DNA from: an uncultured Candidatus Sumerlaeota bacterium
Lineage (GTDB): Bacteria > CAYMEV01
Direction: 5' to 3'
DNA length: 64,000 bases
Assembly (NCBI GenBank): GCA_964389675.1
Contig: CAYMEV010000010.1
Span: 1 to 64,000, forward strand
In this document: in pieces, positions 39,761-49,059 of the stretch
Layout: the number at the start of each line of letters is the position of its first letter
Numbering within the stretch: position 1 is the first letter of the stretch
Notes under the pieces: model-generated
What the model was told of the DNA's origin: nothing
The model's input: only the letters and a program-made list of their open reading frames with translations
The model's database searches: none
Position numbers and translations under genes: made by a program

Positions 39761-40834
39761 TTATTCTATAAACGTAATCCAGTTATATTTATCTTCAATT
39801 TCCCCATACTGAAGGTCCAGGAGGTAGTCATACAGCTTTCTGCTTATATTTCCCACTTTTCCGTCATTGACTATATACTTTTTCCCATCATATGACAGAT
39901 GGCCTACAGGTGAAATTGATGCAGCTGTGCCTGTACCGAATATCTCAGTCATTTTCCCGGATTCAATGCCCTCTATAACCTCATTTATGGAAAGCTGCCT
40001 TTCTTCTGCTTCAATACCCAGGTCCCTTGCTATTTTCAGGACTGAATCTCTTGTAATGCCGGATAATATAGATCCAGTAAGCGGACTTGTAACCACACGG
40101 TCCTTGAAGGCAAAGAATATATTCATGGCACCTACTTCTTCTACATATTTTCTTTCCCGGGCATCAAGCCATAAAACCTGTGAATAACCCTTCTTATGTG
40201 CTATTTCGCCAGCATAGAGGCTTGCTGCATAGTTGCCCCCTGTCTTGGCCTCACCTACACCGCCCTTTGCTGCTCTTATATAATCTTTTGTGACATATAG
40301 TCCTATAGGATTAAAACCTTCTTTATAATAGGGGCCTACCGGAGATAAAAGTATATAGAAGAGATATGACCTGGAAGACCTTACGCCAAGGCCGACTTCA
40401 GTTGCTATCATTGTAGGCCTGATGTAGAGTGATGCGCCTCTCTGGTTCGGCACCCATCTTTTCTCCAGTTTTATCAGCTTTTTAACAGCTTCCATTACCA
40501 GGGCCTCATCCATCTCGGGCATGCACATCCTTTCAGCTGAACGGTTAAAGCGCTTTATATTCATCTCAGGCCTGAATAATATTATCTTATTATCCTTGCC
40601 ATAGAATGCCTTAAGCCCCTCAAATATCTCCTGCCCGTAATGCAGGACCAGGGCTGCAGGGTGAAGGAGCAGGTTTTCAAGAGGCTTTATTGTTGGTGAA
40701 TGCCAGCCTTTATCCCTGTCGTATTCCATAGTAAACATTCTGTCAGTGAATAATGAGCCAAATGGGACATCCAGGATGTTTTTAAACATAGGTTTGAGAT
40801 TTTGCTCTGGCAATGGGATAATATTGATATCCAT
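39761..40834 (-). CDS. ilvE: Branched-chain amino acid aminotransferase
   Basis: LHYGQEIFEGLKA, LYIRP, AKTGGNYAAS (PLP Lys), EEVGAMNIFF, ILSGITR, GTAASISPV. Confidence 0.97.
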   Translation of the reverse strand: MDINIIPLPEQNLKPMFKNILDVPFGSLFTDRMFTMEYDRDKGWHSPTIKPLENLLLHPAALVLHYGQEIFEGLKAFYGKDNKIILFRPEMNIKRFNRSAERMCMPEMDEALVMEAVKKLIKLEKRWVPNQRGASLYIRPTMIATEVGLGVRSSRSYLFYILLSPVGPYYKEGFNPIGLYVTKDYIRAAKGGVGEAKTGGNYAASLYAGEIAHKKGYSQVLWLDARERKYVEEVGAMNIFFAFKDRVVTSPLTGSILSGITRDSVLKIARDLGIEAEERQLSINEVIEGIESGKMTEIFGTGTAASISPVGHLSYDGKKYIVNDGKVGNISRKLYDYLLDLQYGEIEDKYNWITFIE

Positions 40835-40951
40835 AAAGTATCTCCTTTTAATAATTTATTTGATAATATAATAATCTAATACTCCAGGGCAAAGGCAATT
40901 AAAGCAAAATCAGCACAGGATAAGGAGCTGCAGTTCAGTAACGGGTAACAG

Positions 40952-41293
40952 CTATTTTGCTTTATCAATAATCTTTCTGAGTATTTCCTTGTATTTCTCA
41001 GAGATATTGCAGAACCTGACTCCAAGATCATAAACATCGTTATTCTTGGGTATTGCATATACTACTTCGCCGATTACAGTGATGAACTCGTCTTTGAGTG
41101 CAAGTTCAAATTCGAGAAGGGTACCGATCTGGAAATTCTCTGCCGTTTCAAATAGAAACCCGCCTTCACTTACCTGCTTTGTAATACCGACCCCTTCCCT
41201 GTAATTGACCTGTTCCTCTTTGTTCAGGACTCTGTAGTTAAGCAGATTTTTGGAGTCAATTCTTTTGAGTTTTCTTCTATCAACACCATACAT
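40952..41293 (-). CDS. PilZ domain protein
   Basis: DRRKLKR (RxxxR), QVSEGG, GEVVY, LGVRF. Confidence 0.8.
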   Translation of the reverse strand: MYGVDRRKLKRIDSKNLLNYRVLNKEEQVNYREGVGITKQVSEGGFLFETAENFQIGTLLEFELALKDEFITVIGEVVYAIPKNNDVYDLGVRFCNISEKYKEILRKIIDKAK

Positions 41294-41299
41294 ATATTT

Positions 41300-41803
41300 T
41301 CACCTTACATTAATATTTGTGGTTTGTACTATTGCTTCTTTCTCAGGCTTTGAAAACAGATCGTCAAGAAGCAGCAGGATAATAAGCTGATCATTGTGAT
41401 TGATCAATCCTCTGATAAATTTATGGTTTACATCATCCAGTACAGCCGGCTGCATGAATATATCAGATTCCCTGCACCTGATCACCTGGCATACTTCATC
41501 TACTATCAGCCCTATCTGGTACCTGCTGTCCTGATTTATATTGGCTATGATCACCCGCCTTTTTGCCTGCTTTTCAGAAGAAGCATTTTTAAGGCGCTTT
41601 TTCAGGTCAATTATCGGTATTATCCTTCCGCGCAGATTGTAGATCCCCTCAATGAAATCAGGGCATTTTGGGTAATCATGTATCTTCTGAATGCTTATAA
41701 TTTCGCTTGCTTCCATTATGTCGATACCATATGCCTGGTCATCAATCCTGAAGCTTATCGTCTGGAGCTCTTTACTTTTTTCGTCTTCTCTGTCTTTTTT
41801 CAT
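41300..41803 (-). CDS. cheW: Chemotaxis coupling protein CheW
   Basis: YGIDI, PDFIEGIYNLRGRIIPIIDL, IGLIVDEV. Confidence 0.93.
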   Translation of the reverse strand: MKKDREDEKSKELQTISFRIDDQAYGIDIMEASEIISIQKIHDYPKCPDFIEGIYNLRGRIIPIIDLKKRLKNASSEKQAKRRVIIANINQDSRYQIGLIVDEVCQVIRCRESDIFMQPAVLDDVNHKFIRGLINHNDQLIILLLLDDLFSKPEKEAIVQTTNINVR

Positions 41804-42053
41804 TTCGAGGTATAAACTTTTTTATTTTTTATATGCCATATTTAAATTTATATTTTTTACTGGATAAAACATATATTACATAATAAGCTTAAGTTTATAG
41901 AGTGCATTGTCAAGCAAATTCTAAATATCCCTTTTTCTATTTTATAACAGCAAAGCTGAAAAATCAATCTAAATAAAACAGGATAATTATTTTGTTGAAT
42001 TTTTTATAAAATTTTATAACTTTTGCATTTGTATTATACAAAAGGAGGATTAA

Positions 42054-43391
42054 ATGAGAAAAATAATCGGAATCAGAAGGGAAGATAAAAACAGGTGGGA
42101 AGGAAGAACTCCGCTAATACCTGAAGATATACGAGAACTTATAAGGAATGACAGAATTGATGTAGTTATACAGCCATCTGACATAAGGGAGCATAAGGAA
42201 GATGAATTTATTGCCGCAGGTGCATCAGTGTCAGAGGAGATAAATCATTCCAATATTATTCTCGGCATTAAAGAAATGCCGGAAGGATTTTTCAGGAGAG
42301 GGGGTACCTATTTATTTTTCTCACATACCATTAAGGGCCAGCCCTACAATATCTCAATGCTGAAGCGGATGATGGAACTTGAATGCAATCTGCTTGATTA
42401 TGAATGCATAAAGGATGAATACGGCAGAAGGCTTATTGCATTTGGAAGGTTTGCAGGGTTAGCCGGTATTGTTGATACTCTCTGGGCATATGGAAGAAGG
42501 CTTGAGCAGATGGGTGTCAATTCACCATTAAGCGAGATCAGGCAAACCATTGATTATACACCGGCTGAAGAGGAAAATTCAGACAGGTACCCAAAATTAA
42601 GCCTTATAAGAAGAGAATTTCAGGCATTGGGGGAAAAGATCAAAAAGCACGGATTGCCAAAAGAAATATCACCCTTTATAATAGGAATTGCAGGGTATGG
42701 CAATGTTTCCTCCGGTGTGCAGGAGCTGCTCGATATTCTTCCTGTAAGGACAATTGAGCCGAATGATATAGATGGCCTCCTGAAGTCTCAGCCTGCCGAC
42801 AATAAGACGATTTATAAGATTGTATTCAAGGAAAAGGATATGGTGGAGAGGATTGACAAAATGGGATTCGAGCTTCTTGACTATTATAATAATCCCCAGT
42901 TTTACAGATCTGTCATGAACAGATATATCCCTAAACTGAATATACTTATAAACTCTATTTTCTGGACGGATAAATATCCGAGGATCCTCAGCATAAAGGA
43001 TGCAAAAGCCATATTTGCCAAAAAGGACTGCAGGCTTCTTGCCATAGGGGATATCAGTGTGGATATCAAAGGTGCTGTTGAGCTGTCTGTGAGGGCATCC
43101 AATATCGGCAATCCTGTTTATATATATGATATTAAGAAGGATAAGGTGGAGAACAGCTTTCATGGCAATGGGCCCCTTATACTGGCAGTGGACAACCTGC
43201 CATGTGAATTCCCCAGGGACTCTTCATCATACTTCAGCCATATATTGAAGGGATTTATCAAAGAACTTGCCCTTGCTGATTTCAATCATGATTTTGAAAA
43301 ATTAGAACTGCCAGTATCACTTAAAAATGCTGTTATACTCCATAAGGGAAAATTAACAGAAAACTTTGACTATATGAAAAAATATCTTTAG
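42054..43391 (+). CDS. Lysine-ketoglutarate reductase-like protein (AlaDH/PNT fold)
   Basis: IGIRREDKNRWEGRTPL, FFSHTIKGQPYN, LIAFGRFAGLAG, GYGNVSSG, DISVD, VDNLPCEFPRDSS. Confidence 0.85.
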   Translation: MRKIIGIRREDKNRWEGRTPLIPEDIRELIRNDRIDVVIQPSDIREHKEDEFIAAGASVSEEINHSNIILGIKEMPEGFFRRGGTYLFFSHTIKGQPYNISMLKRMMELECNLLDYECIKDEYGRRLIAFGRFAGLAGIVDTLWAYGRRLEQMGVNSPLSEIRQTIDYTPAEEENSDRYPKLSLIRREFQALGEKIKKHGLPKEISPFIIGIAGYGNVSSGVQELLDILPVRTIEPNDIDGLLKSQPADNKTIYKIVFKEKDMVERIDKMGFELLDYYNNPQFYRSVMNRYIPKLNILINSIFWTDKYPRILSIKDAKAIFAKKDCRLLAIGDISVDIKGAVELSVRASNIGNPVYIYDIKKDKVENSFHGNGPLILAVDNLPCEFPRDSSSYFSHILKGFIKELALADFNHDFEKLELPVSLKNAVILHKGKLTENFDYMKKYL

Positions 43392-43430
43392 GAAAGCATA
43401 TAAAAAAAAGGAAAAGGAGAATATGAATAT

Positions 43431-44750
43431 ATGAACAGAGTATTAGTTCTGGGCGCAGGGCTGGTCTCAAAACCGCTTGTCGTCTATCTTTTGGAGAAAG
43501 AGAGTACTTTCGTTACTGTTGCTACAAGAACTGTAAGCAAGGCTGAGCATTTGATCGAAGGTTATCAGAATGGAAAAGCAAGGCGGCTTGACATACTCAA
43601 TGAGGCTGAGCTTGAAAATCTCATTAAGGAGCATGACGTTACTATAAGCCTTGTTCCGTATATATACCACACAAAAGTTGCGAAATACTGTATTAAGCAT
43701 AAGAAGCACCTTGTAACAACATCATATGTAAGCAAAGAAATGGCTCAGTTCAATGATGATGCCGTAAAAGCAGGAATACTGCTGCTCAATGAAATAGGTT
43801 TGGACCCTGGAATTGATCATATGTCAGCTATGAAGATCATCGATGATATAAAAGCAAAGGGAGGATCTGTTACAAGTTTCAGATCATTATGCGGCGGATT
43901 GCCTGCTCCCGATTCAAATGATAATCCATGGGGATATAAATTTTCATGGAGCCCGAGAGGGGTCCTTCTGGCAGGAAGGAATAATGCAAGATGGCTGGAA
44001 GACGGAAAAGAGATAAATGTTGAATCTCATGATTTATTTAATAATTTCTGGCCTATAAATATACCGGGCGAAGGTGATTATGAATTTTATCCAAACCGTG
44101 ATTCAATCCCTTATATTGATACATACAATCTAAAAGGTATAAGGACGATGTTCAGGGGAACCATAAGGAATCCCGGATGGTGCGTTCTGTTAAAAAAGGT
44201 AGCTGATTTCGGGCTGCTGGGCCTGGATCCTGTAGAAAACAGTGAGCAACTCAGCTACAGAGACCTGATAATAAGGCTGACCGGTATCAGGGGAGATGAC
44301 CTTAAAGCTGAGCTTAGCAAAAAATACAATATTGAGGCCCATCCTGAGGTACTTGAGAAAATGGAATGGCTGGGATTATTTGATAATACTCCGATCGGCC
44401 TGGAAAACCATTCACCTCTTGACATACTGGTGGCACTCCTTCAGTCAAAGCTTGAGTACAGGGAAAATCAGAGAGATATGATCATACTGCATCATATCTT
44501 TATATCAGAAACCGGCGGGAAAAAAGAGAAGACTGAAAGCACCCTTGTGGATTATGGAATAATAGGGGGAGATTCATCAATGGCAAGGACAGTTTCACTT
44601 CCAGCTGCCATAGCAACAGGGATGATTCTGGATAAGAAAATTAACCTTAGCGGTGTAAGAATACCCGTGCATAAAGAGATATACAATCCGGTACTGAAAG
44701 CCCTTGAAAGCTTTAAGATAGAGTTCAAAGACAGAATAACGGAATTATAA
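43431..44750 (+). CDS. Saccharopine dehydrogenase (Lys9/AASS SDH-like)
   Basis: VLGAGLV, VTTSYVS, NEIGLDPGIDHM, CGGLPAP, GYKFSWSPRG, YPNRDS, RGTIR, SMARTV. Confidence 0.93.
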   Translation: MNRVLVLGAGLVSKPLVVYLLEKESTFVTVATRTVSKAEHLIEGYQNGKARRLDILNEAELENLIKEHDVTISLVPYIYHTKVAKYCIKHKKHLVTTSYVSKEMAQFNDDAVKAGILLLNEIGLDPGIDHMSAMKIIDDIKAKGGSVTSFRSLCGGLPAPDSNDNPWGYKFSWSPRGVLLAGRNNARWLEDGKEINVESHDLFNNFWPINIPGEGDYEFYPNRDSIPYIDTYNLKGIRTMFRGTIRNPGWCVLLKKVADFGLLGLDPVENSEQLSYRDLIIRLTGIRGDDLKAELSKKYNIEAHPEVLEKMEWLGLFDNTPIGLENHSPLDILVALLQSKLEYRENQRDMIILHHIFISETGGKKEKTESTLVDYGIIGGDSSMARTVSLPAAIATGMILDKKINLSGVRIPVHKEIYNPVLKALESFKIEFKDRITEL

Positions 44751-44757
44751 TCAAAAT

Positions 44758-44790
44758 CCTGCCCTGGATATTATCCAGGGCAGGTATTTT
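44758..44790 (+). terminator. Rho-independent terminator after the LKR-SDH pair
   Basis: CCTGCCCTGGATA-t-TATCCAGGGCAGG followed by TATTTTT. Confidence 0.85.
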
Positions 44791-44797
44791 TATAAAA

Positions 44798-45724
44798 ATG
44801 AATATTATCGTTCTAATACTCAGGTTTTGCAGGGCAAGCTTCATACCTGTCACTATATTTCCAGTAATTGCAGGTATTGTCTTCGCACTAAGAATAAACA
44901 GGAATGCCGGTATTGACATAATCAGCCTTATTATGCTTGTTTTTGCATCGATCATGATACATCTCCTTGCAAACGGCATTAATGACTATTTTGATTTCAA
45001 GGAAGGCCTGGAAACTCTCATAAAAGTTGAGCTTGATCAAAAGCAGGGCGATACCCAGGGAGGTTCCAAGCTGTTAACTGACGGTATAATAACGCTTAGG
45101 CAGGCAAAAAATATTCTTTTGATACTCCTGACCGCTATTATTGCTTCGGGATTATATCTTCTTATTAATGTCGACTACAGGCTGATATATTTTGGAATTG
45201 CGGGCATAATGCTTGGCTTCTTCTATACTGCGCCTCCATTAAGGCTGTCCTACAGGGGATTTGGCGAGACAGTAATATTTGTATGTTTTGGGATACTGCC
45301 ATTTTATGCAGGCTACTATTTCATAAACAGGGAGATTGCCTGGATGCTTCTTCTTCCAGCATCTGTCTTCGGGCTGCTGACAGTATTAATACTTTATTTT
45401 CATCATTTCGGGCATTGGAAACAGGACAGGAAGATAGGCAAAAGGAATATAATTGTAATTATCGGGATCAAATGGGGGATCAGGCTGTTTGTCCTGATCC
45501 TGCTTGCTATTATCCTGCTTATTATTATAAATGTCTATTGCGGGATATTTAATATATTCAGCCTTGCGCTAATCCTTCCTTTATTGATACTTATCCACAG
45601 GAGCTTCTCCCTTGATCTGAATAATTATGATAATATCCAGAAATATTTAAGGGATATAATATTGACAAACTTCATTTCATCGGCAGTACTTATATTTTCA
45701 CTGGCAGTAAAAAGCAGTTACTGA
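44798..45724 (+). CDS. menA: UbiA-family prenyltransferase, MenA-like
   Basis: ANGINDYFDFKEG, GGS, FYTAPPLRLSYRGFGE, QDRKIGKR; multiple TMs. Confidence 0.75.
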   Translation: MNIIVLILRFCRASFIPVTIFPVIAGIVFALRINRNAGIDIISLIMLVFASIMIHLLANGINDYFDFKEGLETLIKVELDQKQGDTQGGSKLLTDGIITLRQAKNILLILLTAIIASGLYLLINVDYRLIYFGIAGIMLGFFYTAPPLRLSYRGFGETVIFVCFGILPFYAGYYFINREIAWMLLLPASVFGLLTVLILYFHHFGHWKQDRKIGKRNIIVIIGIKWGIRLFVLILLAIILLIIINVYCGIFNIFSLALILPLLILIHRSFSLDLNNYDNIQKYLRDIILTNFISSAVLIFSLAVKSSY

Positions 45725-45759
45725 TCCATATGAAGAATATTTTCCCCTTTGTATCCGGG

Positions 45760-45990
45760 TTAAGTGATTATGTTTTTTGGAGGGACTGTGTCCTTCTGCC
45801 TCCCCAGAGATTCATTGCACACTGAGCACCTGTATTCGTAAAGGTCGCCGTCAGGCAGTATAAGAAGAAGTCTTTTATTTACCTTCTGAGCTTTCCTGCA
45901 TTTTGGACAGTACAGGCTGGAAGCCTGAAAATCCTTGAATTGCTCCTGCTCCTGATTCAGCATTTCATAAAGAGTGTTTATATCTATCAT
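45760..45990 (-). CDS. Small CxxC-CxxC zinc-binding protein
   Basis: SD AGGAG before the ATG at 45990; CPKC...LLLILPDGDLYEYRCSVC. Confidence 0.75.
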   Translation of the reverse strand: MIDINTLYEMLNQEQEQFKDFQASSLYCPKCRKAQKVNKRLLLILPDGDLYEYRCSVCNESLGRQKDTVPPKNIIT

Positions 45991-46053
45991 CAAGATCTCC
46001 TGAACTCTAAAATAACTTTACTAAAAATTATTTTGTATTATTATAATCCAATC

Positions 46054-47073
46054 ATGGACTCAGGTAAAGATATTAATATCAGTGCAAAAGGGTTATTTAT
46101 AGCTGATCTCAAGCCCGGTGAGATACTGATACCCAGCATATTCGGATTGGAAAGCGTTGAATTAAGGAAAACAAGGAATGATTCACCCTATCTGGATATG
46201 GTATTATTTGACAGGACAGGAAGTGTCAGGGCTAAATTCTGGGACAGGCCGGACATTTCCATGCCGGACATGTACAGAGAGCTTCAGGGTACAGCTCTTG
46301 TCCGTATAGACGGCAAGGTACAGATTTTCAATGAAATGATACAGGTGGAGATCGGCAGTTGCAGAAAGATTGAAAAAAATGCAGATGACTCCATATACAC
46401 CGATATTATCAGATCAACCCCCTATGACATTGATTATCTCTGGAGCAGTATAATGGATATTATAGGCCAGATTGAAAATAAGCAGATTAAAATGCTTTTA
46501 GAAATCATGCTGAAGGATGAAAGGATATCCGAGGGGCTGAGGGTAAAGCCTGCTGCAGTTAAGATGCACCATGCTTACAGAGGAGGTTTGCTGGAACATG
46601 TATTCAATGTGCTTATGCTGATTAAAGCCATAAAAAATTCCGGTATTTACAGATCAGTTAACTGGGACCTTGTCATTGCAGCTGCACTTGTCCATGATAT
46701 AGGTAAAATATTTGAACTAGGCGGTGATCAGCTGTCACAGGGATACCATTACAGCAGATGCGGCATCCTATACGGGCATATATTTATAGGTGCTTCTCTT
46801 ATAAACAGGTACATAAATGAAATTGAGGGGTTTGATGAAAACCTGAAACTTGAACTGATACATATCATCCTGAGCCATCATGGTAAACTGGAATGGGGCT
46901 CTCCTGTTGAAATGAGGACTCCTGAAGCCATACTGCTTCATAATATAGACTATCTTGATGCACAGGTCAGTCAATCCCTTGAAGCAATTGAAAAATCAGG
47001 CGATGATGCGGATGATTTTACAGGCAGGCACCTGAGCCCGACAGGCAAGCAATACTATAAATCAAAGCTGTGA
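46054..47073 (+). CDS. yhaM: YhaM/Cbf1 family OB-fold + HD-domain 3'-5' exoribonuclease
   Basis: PYL..LFDRTG..AKFW (OB fold), PAAVKMHHAYRGGLLEH, HDIGK, SHHGKLEWGSP, TPEA..LH.ID; the ATG at 46054 is the likelier start. Confidence 0.88.
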   Translation: MDSGKDINISAKGLFIADLKPGEILIPSIFGLESVELRKTRNDSPYLDMVLFDRTGSVRAKFWDRPDISMPDMYRELQGTALVRIDGKVQIFNEMIQVEIGSCRKIEKNADDSIYTDIIRSTPYDIDYLWSSIMDIIGQIENKQIKMLLEIMLKDERISEGLRVKPAAVKMHHAYRGGLLEHVFNVLMLIKAIKNSGIYRSVNWDLVIAAALVHDIGKIFELGGDQLSQGYHYSRCGILYGHIFIGASLINRYINEIEGFDENLKLELIHIILSHHGKLEWGSPVEMRTPEAILLHNIDYLDAQVSQSLEAIEKSGDDADDFTGRHLSPTGKQYYKSKL

Positions 47074-47079
47074 CCCGGA

Positions 47080-47481
47080 TCAGGGATTGTAAAGATTCTC
47101 AGAATGCAGATCTTCATCTGTATATCCAAAAAAATGCGCTATTTCATGCCTTAAAACTCCATGTATGATCTCTTTGACAGGCTTTTTTGTCCTTAAATGA
47201 TAATTCAGTATTGGAATTCTGAATAAATATATGATATCAGGCAGGGAAAACTTCTGAAAGATGCTTTTGGAAGGTACTGGCACGCCACTGTACAATCCCA
47301 TGGTATATCTGCTTATATTTTTATTTGCATTTTTCAGCTCAGAAGGCGGAAAATCCTCCACCAGGAATTCAATATTGATAAGGCTATTTCTGAATTCATC
47401 CGGGAGATCATCGAGGTAATTATAGATCTCATCTGAAAAGAGCTGGCTTGGATAGGAATCTTCCAGGGACTTTAGGTTCAT
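47080..47481 (-). CDS. Zincin-like metallopeptidase family protein (DUF1025-like)
   Basis: MGLYSGVP, PDIIYLFRIPI, HEIAHFFG. Confidence 0.85.
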   Translation of the reverse strand: MNLKSLEDSYPSQLFSDEIYNYLDDLPDEFRNSLINIEFLVEDFPPSELKNANKNISRYTMGLYSGVPVPSKSIFQKFSLPDIIYLFRIPILNYHLRTKKPVKEIIHGVLRHEIAHFFGYTDEDLHSENLYNP

Positions 47482-48344
47482 TAGTTGAGGGAATCTCCAA
47501 GGCGGTGGGTTTTAAACATCCTCAGCAGTTTCTTTTGAGCTGAATTTTCTATCTGCCTTACTCTTTCCTTGGAAAGATTCAGATGCTGTCCGATTTTATC
47601 AAGTGTGTGAGGTTCTTCTCCCCTCAGGCCGAATCTTTTGATAATTATCGTTCTCTCTCTCTCGTCAAGCCTGTCTATGAATTTTTCTATGGCATCCTTA
47701 TAAATCCTGCTTATAAACTGTTCATGGACAGGGATCTGGTCCTTTTCCCTGAGGAATTCGAGATAGGTCTTTATCTCCCCGTCAGAGATAGGGGTGTCAA
47801 GAGAAACATAATTATTTGCAGCCCTGACTATTGTATGTATATCATCTTCAGGTACATGAAGGTAATCAGCAATCTCTTTTATGGAAGGTTCTTTTTCATT
47901 TTCCTTTTTAAGCATCTGCACAGCCTCTTTAATCTTCTGCAGTAATGTAATGTGTTTCACAGGCAGTTTTACTATTCCTGAGGAATTTGCAATTGCATTC
48001 ATTATAGCCTGTTTAATCCACCAGACAGCATATGAAATAAATCTGACATCCATTGATGGATCGTATCTTTTTGCAGCTTCGATCAAGCCTATATTGCCTT
48101 CATTTATCAGATCTTCAAGGGAGACATTCAGGCCCTGAAACCTTTTGGCATAAGAAACAACAAATCGCAGATTTGAAACAATGAGCTTTTCAAGTGCTTT
48201 ATGGTCGCCTTTTTTTATCTTCCTGCCAAGTTCAGCTTCCTGTTCCTTTGTCAACAGGGGTGTTTTTGAGATTTCCTGCAGGTAAATCTCCAGGGGAAAC
48301 ACAGATTTATTAATATTTTTGGCTTTGATATTATTCCTGTTCAT
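47481..48344 (-). CDS. RpoD/SigA-family sigma factor without region 1.1
   Basis: YLQEISKTPLL, SNLRFVVSYAK, DLINEGNIGL, FISYAVWWIKQ, LSKERVRQIE; the ATG at 48344 is the likelier start. Confidence 0.93.
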   Translation of the reverse strand: MNRNNIKAKNINKSVFPLEIYLQEISKTPLLTKEQEAELGRKIKKGDHKALEKLIVSNLRFVVSYAKRFQGLNVSLEDLINEGNIGLIEAAKRYDPSMDVRFISYAVWWIKQAIMNAIANSSGIVKLPVKHITLLQKIKEAVQMLKKENEKEPSIKEIADYLHVPEDDIHTIVRAANNYVSLDTPISDGEIKTYLEFLREKDQIPVHEQFISRIYKDAIEKFIDRLDERERTIIIKRFGLRGEEPHTLDKIGQHLNLSKERVRQIENSAQKKLLRMFKTHRLGDSLN

Positions 48345-48414
48345 ATAACATATTACCAAAATTATTACAAAATGTTTTATTTTGCAATTAAAATACAAAC
48401 AGGTATTATTTTAA

Positions 48415-48442
48415 TTGACACAAAATTGAAATTTGCTATAGA
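48415..48442 (+). promoter_or_regulatory. Putative promoter of tRNA-Gly/tRNA-Cys
   Basis: TTGACA (48415-48420), 16 nt, TATAGA preceded by TGc. Confidence 0.5.
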
Positions 48443-48462
48443 TAATGATTAGATTAATGAAC

Positions 48463-48534
48463 GCGGGAATAGCTCAGTGGTAGAGCATCGCCTTGCCAAG
48501 GCGAGGGTCGCGGGTTCGAATCCCGTTTCCCGCT
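48463..48534 (+). tRNA. tRNA-Gly(GCC)
   Basis: GCGGGAATAGCTCAGTGGTAGAGCATCGCCTTGCCAAGGCGAGGGTCGCGGGTTCGAATCCCGTTTCCCGCT; anticodon GCC. Confidence 0.97.
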
Positions 48535-48546
48535 TATTCGTTTTAT

Positions 48547-48618
<72 letters not shown>

Positions 48619-48643
48619 TTTTCTGTTAAGCTTGGTTAAACCT

Positions 48644-49057
48644 ATGGAAAAATATATCATCTTTGCTTTAATATCCTTAATGGGCTGGGGCCTGTGGGGA
48701 TTTTTTTCAAAGCTTGCCACAAACTATACAAGCTCATTTACAGTATTTATTCTTTCAAATGTCCCAATACTTTTTCTTTTCCCATTATTGATCATATTTT
48801 ATAAAAACAGAGTTGATTTTCAGTCAAAGCCAGGAATTCTATTCGCATTTTTATCAGGAGCAGCAGGCGCTATGGGCTCGCTGTTTTTCTATTTTTCACT
48901 GAAGCATGGGACAGGAACCAGGATAATACCTATGACAAGCCTTTACCCGCTTATATCAATCCTTCTGTGTATAATAATACTTAAAGAGCCTTTATCTCTT
49001 AAATCCGGCCTTGGAATCATCTTTGCATTACTGGGGGTGTATTTTTTATCAACTTAG
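48644..49057 (+). CDS. EamA/DMT family small transporter
   Basis: WGLWGFFSKLA, TSLYPLI, ILKEPLS; hydrophobic throughout. Confidence 0.85.
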   Translation: MEKYIIFALISLMGWGLWGFFSKLATNYTSSFTVFILSNVPILFLFPLLIIFYKNRVDFQSKPGILFAFLSGAAGAMGSLFFYFSLKHGTGTRIIPMTSLYPLISILLCIIILKEPLSLKSGLGIIFALLGVYFLST

Positions 49058-49059
49058 CT

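Noticed and set aside
41804-42053. Lysine riboswitch upstream of LKR-SDH
   Set aside because: The region is very AT-rich with no structured aptamer evident.
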